Shown: positions 63,103 to 64,000 of the stretch, one piece after another
Layout: every line of letters begins with the position of its first letter
Position numbering within the stretch: position 1 is the stretch's first letter
From: Octopus vulgaris
Lineage: Eukaryota
Length of the DNA: 64,000 nt
Direction: 5' to 3'
Assembly: GCA_951406725.2 (NCBI GenBank)
Contig: OX597823.1
Location: 101,122,001-101,186,000 of the forward strand
The notes under the pieces: generated by a model
What the model saw: only the letters and a program-made list of their open reading frames with translations
Database searches by the model: none
What the model was told of the DNA's origin: nothing
Program-made: the position numbers and the translations under genes

Positions 63103-64000
63103 TTTATTTTAAATAATTTGCCACTAGGGCAGCACACAGAGTAGTAGCTACGGGCTGGACAAGGACATTAATGGATGATGGTGGTGGTTGATGAAGATGG
63201 TGATGGGAGAAGTCGAAAGCGCCCGCCGACTTTTGCTTCTCTAAAACAATGTTTCAATAAATTTCCTCTCCCTCCAGTGGCTCGCTAGCAAATCTGCTAG
63301 CTTCCTCGGGGGTACCAAACAGCAACCAGACCGTTGCAAATTTGCTCCCCCGAGAAATAAATTTTATAGTTGGCAGGTAGTCCCCCAACTCTTTCTCTAT
63401 AGTATTCTTGTCGAAGAGGGCAATGGCTCCACGCGACCTAGAATAGGTTCGTAGGACCACCGTCCTCTTCTCAAGACTTTCAATCCACTGCTTTGGTGGG
63501 ACGACCTCCCATTCCAAAGCGGTGGTTTCTTTTGTTGCCATGTTTTTTTTTTGTTTTTTTTTTTAAATAAATGTATTTAGAATAAAACTAAAAAACGAGA
63601 AGAAAAGGAAATCCGAAGAATGTCACAATGAAAAACGGAGAGAGTCAAATAAAGTTGAAAAGAAAGTCAAATAAAGTTAAAAAGAAAGTCAAAAACACAG
63701 CAAAATCCTTTTGGCCATTTGGTACTCCCGGCCTAAATCGAACCAGGATCGCACAACTTCCACAAAAATTGGTGTAAAATTGGTAGTTCTTCACAGCACC
63801 ATACAATTTTCACAATTCGAAGACGGATACGCCCCCAAAATTTTCTCAGCGAGAAAATATATCTGCCACATGTCGGCAGAATCAGAATTCTGAATCCAGT
63901 AGGACTTCCTGCATGTAAAAAATAATTCTCAACAAAAACTCCCACTGGACCCAGAAAACAGAATCTTACCTTACATGGGGCTTCCAAAGTTTCAATTCAA
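63103..64000 (-). mobile_element. ORF1-only element, unit A6, with ~1020 bp internal deletion; runs off the window
   Basis: 3' UTR joined to ORF codon ~94 at AAAT (63259-63262). Confidence 0.85.

Noticed and set aside
51322-64000. CRISPR-like or prokaryotic interpretation of short repeats separated by long spacers
   Set aside because: Eukaryotic context, 13-14 bp repeat, kb-scale mutually homologous coding spacers and no cas genes; target-site duplication explains it better.

Overview
Eukaryotic, AT-rich, microsatellite-dense and apparently gene-free window. The SINE and microsatellite landscape resembles Octopus, but that is an inference. No host protein-coding gene could be supported, and most short ORFs are translations of (TA)n/(CA)n/(TATC)n/(TAA)n repeats. 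Bases 1-51 kb hold transposon remains: Penelope-like elements (PLEs), two 5'-truncated L1/Tx1-type ORF2s, an R4/Dong-type RLE element, RTE fragments, Tc1, mariner, Helitron-like elements and tRNA-derived SINEs. Main finding (51.3-64 kb): a head-to-tail array of at least 7 ORF1-only elements of 1.5-2.2 kb. They encode RRM-like plus CCHC zinc-knuckle proteins with no RT or endonuclease, and belong to three distinguishable types. Each unit is separated by the same 13-14 bp motif GTTAGCA(A)AGCTAC, which is part of the head of the SINE the array interrupts. This fits site-specific, non-autonomous 'half-Tx1' retroelements inserting repeatedly into one SINE site, and their 3' end resembles that of an ORF2-coding Tx1 element elsewhere in the window. 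Second finding: many hammerhead-ribozyme motifs sit in PLE-derived inserts within (TA)n tracts, including compensatory U3-A8 and G3-C8 core variants.
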